Assembly: GCA_030704615.1 (NCBI GenBank)
Contig: CM060731.1
Span: forward strand, 9,238,001 to 9,302,000
Length of the DNA stretch: 64,000 nucleotides
DNA from: Takakia lepidozioides
Taxonomy: Eukaryota; Plantae; Bryophyta
Reading direction: 5' to 3'
Of this stretch, positions 60,473 through 64,000 are shown piece by piece; position 1 is the stretch's first letter; each line of letters starts with the position of its first letter. The translations under genes and the position numbers were made by a program. Below the pieces are notes generated by a model. The model was given only the letters and a program-made list of their open reading frames with translations, ran no database searches and was not told the origin of the DNA.

Positions 60473-63208
60473 ATGCCGAGCTCTTCCCCATATCTGTCTG
60501 CTGCAGGCAAATTGGCGGAGATGAGACGGAGAAGTCTAGAGGAGCTCAGCAGAAGACGTCTGGAGGAGCGCACTAGAAAGCGGTCGGTGATGGAATCTCA
60601 CTCGGATCAATGGGGGGGTGAAATTGTCATCGATTTGGACGATGGCGACCACCATTTCAGACAGGGAAAGAGGAGTCGGCTTTTGGCAACTCCTAGAGTG
60701 TCCTCCCGCTTGGCCGATCGGAAACTGGCCCAAGAGGCAGAAGAAGTGCAAGATTTGGGGAAGGGAAAGAGGAGTCTGATCTTGCAGGCAACGAAGCTCG
60801 TGAAAGAGGTTGTGGTACAAGAGATCCGCACTGAAGCGAAAGCCTGTGGTAGCCAGAGGCGTGGGAGGGTGGTAACGAAGGAGAAACGGGTTGTCGTAAA
60901 GGCCAAGAAGGTGGTCGTGGATCTTAAGAACGCTGAGAAGAGTGTGGAAGGAAAGGGAAAACTCTCTTGTGGGAAGCTTAAGGAGAAGCGCCTGGAGGAT
61001 GTTGTTCTCGGATGCGGTCAGGGGTTGACAGATGATCAGAAAGTTAAAGAAACTCTCCGCACCTTTTATGCCCTCTATTTACAAGCCATCCCGGTATGAA
61101 TTAATCCTCCCATGTACTGTCTATAAGCAGTAGCAGGCGCTGGAAATGCAATGGTCTTCTGTATGATTTACAATTCTTTGATCCTCTGGGGGGGGGGGAA
61201 GGAACAAGTGATGACACTGGTAACAAAGGGTGTAAATGGAATTTGATAATAATGTGGGGCTGGGGATTGTAGGAGGAAGACAAGCGGTATGCTTTGGAGC
61301 TAGAAAGCTGGCGCAGCGGTCCTAAGCCTTCCAAAAGGCCGGATTTGAAAGCTACAAAGAAGGTGCTGCAATTTCCAGTTTGTTGGGGTAGTTTTATGGC
61401 TTGCAAGCAATTCTTCGTGCGAGATAGCAAGTGGAGGATTGGCTCTGTTAACACATTGAATCGTATGTGTTGTTCTGGCCTTGGAAGGCAAGTTTGAGAT
61501 TATGCCAATCAAATCTGTCCTCAATGATGGGGAAGCATATTGGTGATGGAAGCAGATAGAGTATCCTTGGTGTTGCTGACAGAAGTTCTGAGGCTTTGTT
61601 TTGGCCCTGGATTGCAATTGGTAGATGAAGGATAATGAAGCTGTACTGAATGCTGAGAAACGGATAGGCGTCATCCCAGGTGCACTCTCTCACCAAAGGT
61701 CACTTGCTGTTGTGCTGGTTCCTAAGAAACGCGGGACGAATAAATCTAATAGGCATTCAAGTGACGAGCTAATTCTTGCCCACACCTTAGGGCAGAGTTT
61801 TGTAATGTTTAGTTTGTTGTTGATTTCATGTTGGTTCATGTGAGACTTGTTGGAGGACCAGTTCAACTGTGAATTTTGCTGACAAGCAATTTTTTACTCT
61901 CCCTAAGCACCGTTTTGTAATGTTAATCAACCTGGCTGTTGATTCAGGTGTGCATGTCGGCCAGCATTTTCTTTCACGAACAGAGATGGTAGTCATTGGC
62001 CTTGACCACCAATGGATAAATGGCATCGACTACATTGCCCCCACAAATGTAAATCCTACTTTATTAATAAATGGATAGAACTAGAAGTCAAAATAGTCCT
62101 TACTTTCACAGCTGCTCGTCTGCATTGGTATGTTCTTGACAAATGTTACAATGAGTAGAATGTGGATGGAAAGATAGCCTTTGGTTTCCTAAATATCATT
62201 TCCTATTGTGATTATGTGATGTAGATGAGTTTTAAAGAAGGCAGTTATTTGCTTGTATTGTTGGAGAAGCAGATGCGAAAGGATGCCAAGGTAGGACTTT
62301 CAGTATTTTTGGAAAATCAGATGCCAAAGGATGTCAAGGTGAGCCTTCCAATCGCAGTAGCCATTGTGATGTCGGGAGGCTATGAAGATGATATTGACAA
62401 TTACGAAGATGTCATATACACGGGGCAAGGAGGGAACGATCTAACTGGAGATAAACGGCAAAAGCGAGATCAAGAAATGGTGAAGGGCAACTTGGCCTTA
62501 AGGGTTTGTGCTCCATCCTACATGTGGCTTGAGTTGACTATGTACTTTGTGGATTGTAATCTATTATGCATTCATACTCACGACATTTAGAGCCTTGCTT
62601 GTGCAGTATTGCATAGAGTTTGACATTCTGAATATAAAATATAAAAACAGCTGGGAGCCCTGATTTGTCCAGAATAGCATGGTGTATCATACACCTGTCC
62701 GTGTCATCCGCGGCCACAAAAGCAAGTCCAGCTATACAGGAAAGGTGTACACATATGATGGGCTGTATGAGGTGAGTCCAACCCAAGACACCAATTGCAC
62801 TGCTGATTACCATATTAGAAATTGCATTGTCGATCTTACATATACCAAATTGTATTGTTCATCTTCCATCCTTCATGTCACTGATTTCTCATTTGTCACA
62901 AATTGTGAAACTGACGTGTGGTCATGGATCCGAATACTCATCAATTCCTTCATGGCTCAGGTGGTTTTGGCCTAAATTTGCTGGTATAAAGTGGTTTTGA
63001 GCTCAGCTAGTTTTTTCAAACTCACATCACTAGTGTGATTGTTTGGCCAAGAGCTTGCCAAAACCCCAGATATGAAACCCCAATTTGAGAATGGATGGTC
63101 TCCTGGCAGGTGACCGGGCACTGGGCAGAAAAAGGTATCTCAGGATTCAGAGTCTTCAAGTACAAACTCCACCGCCTGCCAGGACAACCCACTCTTACTA
63201 GCAGCCAG
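60473..63208 (+). CDS. SUVH4: SRA/YDG-domain protein, SUVH4/KRYPTONITE-like histone H3K9 methyltransferase (5' part; no pre-SET/SET in window)
   Basis: Exons 60473-61093, 61273-61362, 61625-61679, 61948-62048, 62321-62503, 62673-62771 and 63110-63208. KVKETLRTF..., SKRPDLKA, KRIGVIPGVHVG, SGGYEDD..YTGQGGNDLTGDKRQ..GNLAL, PVRVIRGH..KVYTYDGLYEV..WAEKGISGF.VFKYKL.R.PGQP are KYP-clade features. Confidence 0.88.
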
Positions 63209-64000
63209 GTATGAAACCATAACAAGGATTATATTTTCTTCATGATGTGCTGCTATGGTGTTGAAATGATATTCTGCCTTGCCAAACCGTTCAGTAGCAG
63301 GGAATCTTTCCTACTATTACCAACATGGAGGGGTGGTAGCATGATGTTCTAATTGAATCAGTCTAGCAGCTTCATCACAATTAGAGGTATGTTTCCAGTA
63401 GCTTCATGGATGATACCATGTGGACCTCGCACTAACTGAGCAGTCCATTGGTCTCGTACTCAGACTCCACACCTGAGGTACATAATGAAGACAAATACAA
63501 GTATAATAGGAAGAAGACCACTAATTTTGAGAAATGCATGGATGTGCATGTATATGAGAAAGTAACGATTTACCATGGATCCCATAAAGCAAGAGACTTC
63601 CAATAATCTCTAACGCTTTGATATAATTGGCTTCTGCACGTACAATAGGTGCATTTTGTCCGAGGAAAGCGTCCAACCGCTGAGCTAAGAGGGTAAGAAC
63701 AAGCCGCTCCACCCTTCTCCTCCAATACAAACAATGTCATACTGTTGCCACTGTACTTTCGAGAGAGATTCAATACATAAGTTTGAAAAATACTCAATTG
63801 GTTACTTTGATATAAGTTTGTTGTCCCTTTATCATACAACTTGATTGTTTGAGGCATTCAATTATGAAGATTCAAACTATGTAACTGTTTGGCTTCATTT
63901 GGCACTCTTCATCTTCGGCCAACAATTGAGGTTTGTTACGTTTGGTGCTCAAGGCATTCCTCTATGAAGAGTAGAAATGTGTAGCTGCGTACGTTGATGA

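Noticed and set aside
35500-63208. Functional clustering of the MTase-like gene with the SUVH4-like gene
   Set aside because: They are ~23 kb apart with unrelated TEs between; proximity alone is no evidence in a plant genome.

Overview
Eukaryotic, intron-containing DNA from a land plant; the gene and TE repertoire looks like a seed-free plant (inference only). Two host genes bracket a ~50-kb island of nested, mostly decayed transposons. On the left is a 9-exon Hsp110/HSP70-14/15-type chaperone (70..7834). On the right are the first 7 exons of an SRA/YDG-domain SUVH4/KRYPTONITE-like gene (60473..>63208). The island holds a non-chromoviral Ty3/gypsy element with long extra ORFs, a broken gene with three FCP1/NIF-type HAD domains, several tandem arrays, a chromoviral Ty3/gypsy element with one full LTR, a TA-flanked MITE, piggyBac and copia remnants and a tRNA-derived SINE. 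The most unusual part is 30.8-43.6 kb. There a Mutator-like (MULE) transposase with an N-terminal GCM-like Zn domain and a C-terminal SWIM finger sits head-to-head with a spliced gene resembling prokaryotic beta-class N4-cytosine/N6-adenine DNA methyltransferases. They are accompanied by arrays of one 22-bp palindrome (GGAAATGCGGCGCCGCATTTCC-like, with ATGCGG half-sites), a divergent pair of orphan Cys/Trp-rich genes, an inverted second copy of the methyltransferase 3' exon and a fold-back satellite. These copies are pseudogenised, but together they outline a candidate methyltransferase-carrying DNA transposon family. All domain calls come from motif recognition by eye; no database search was run.
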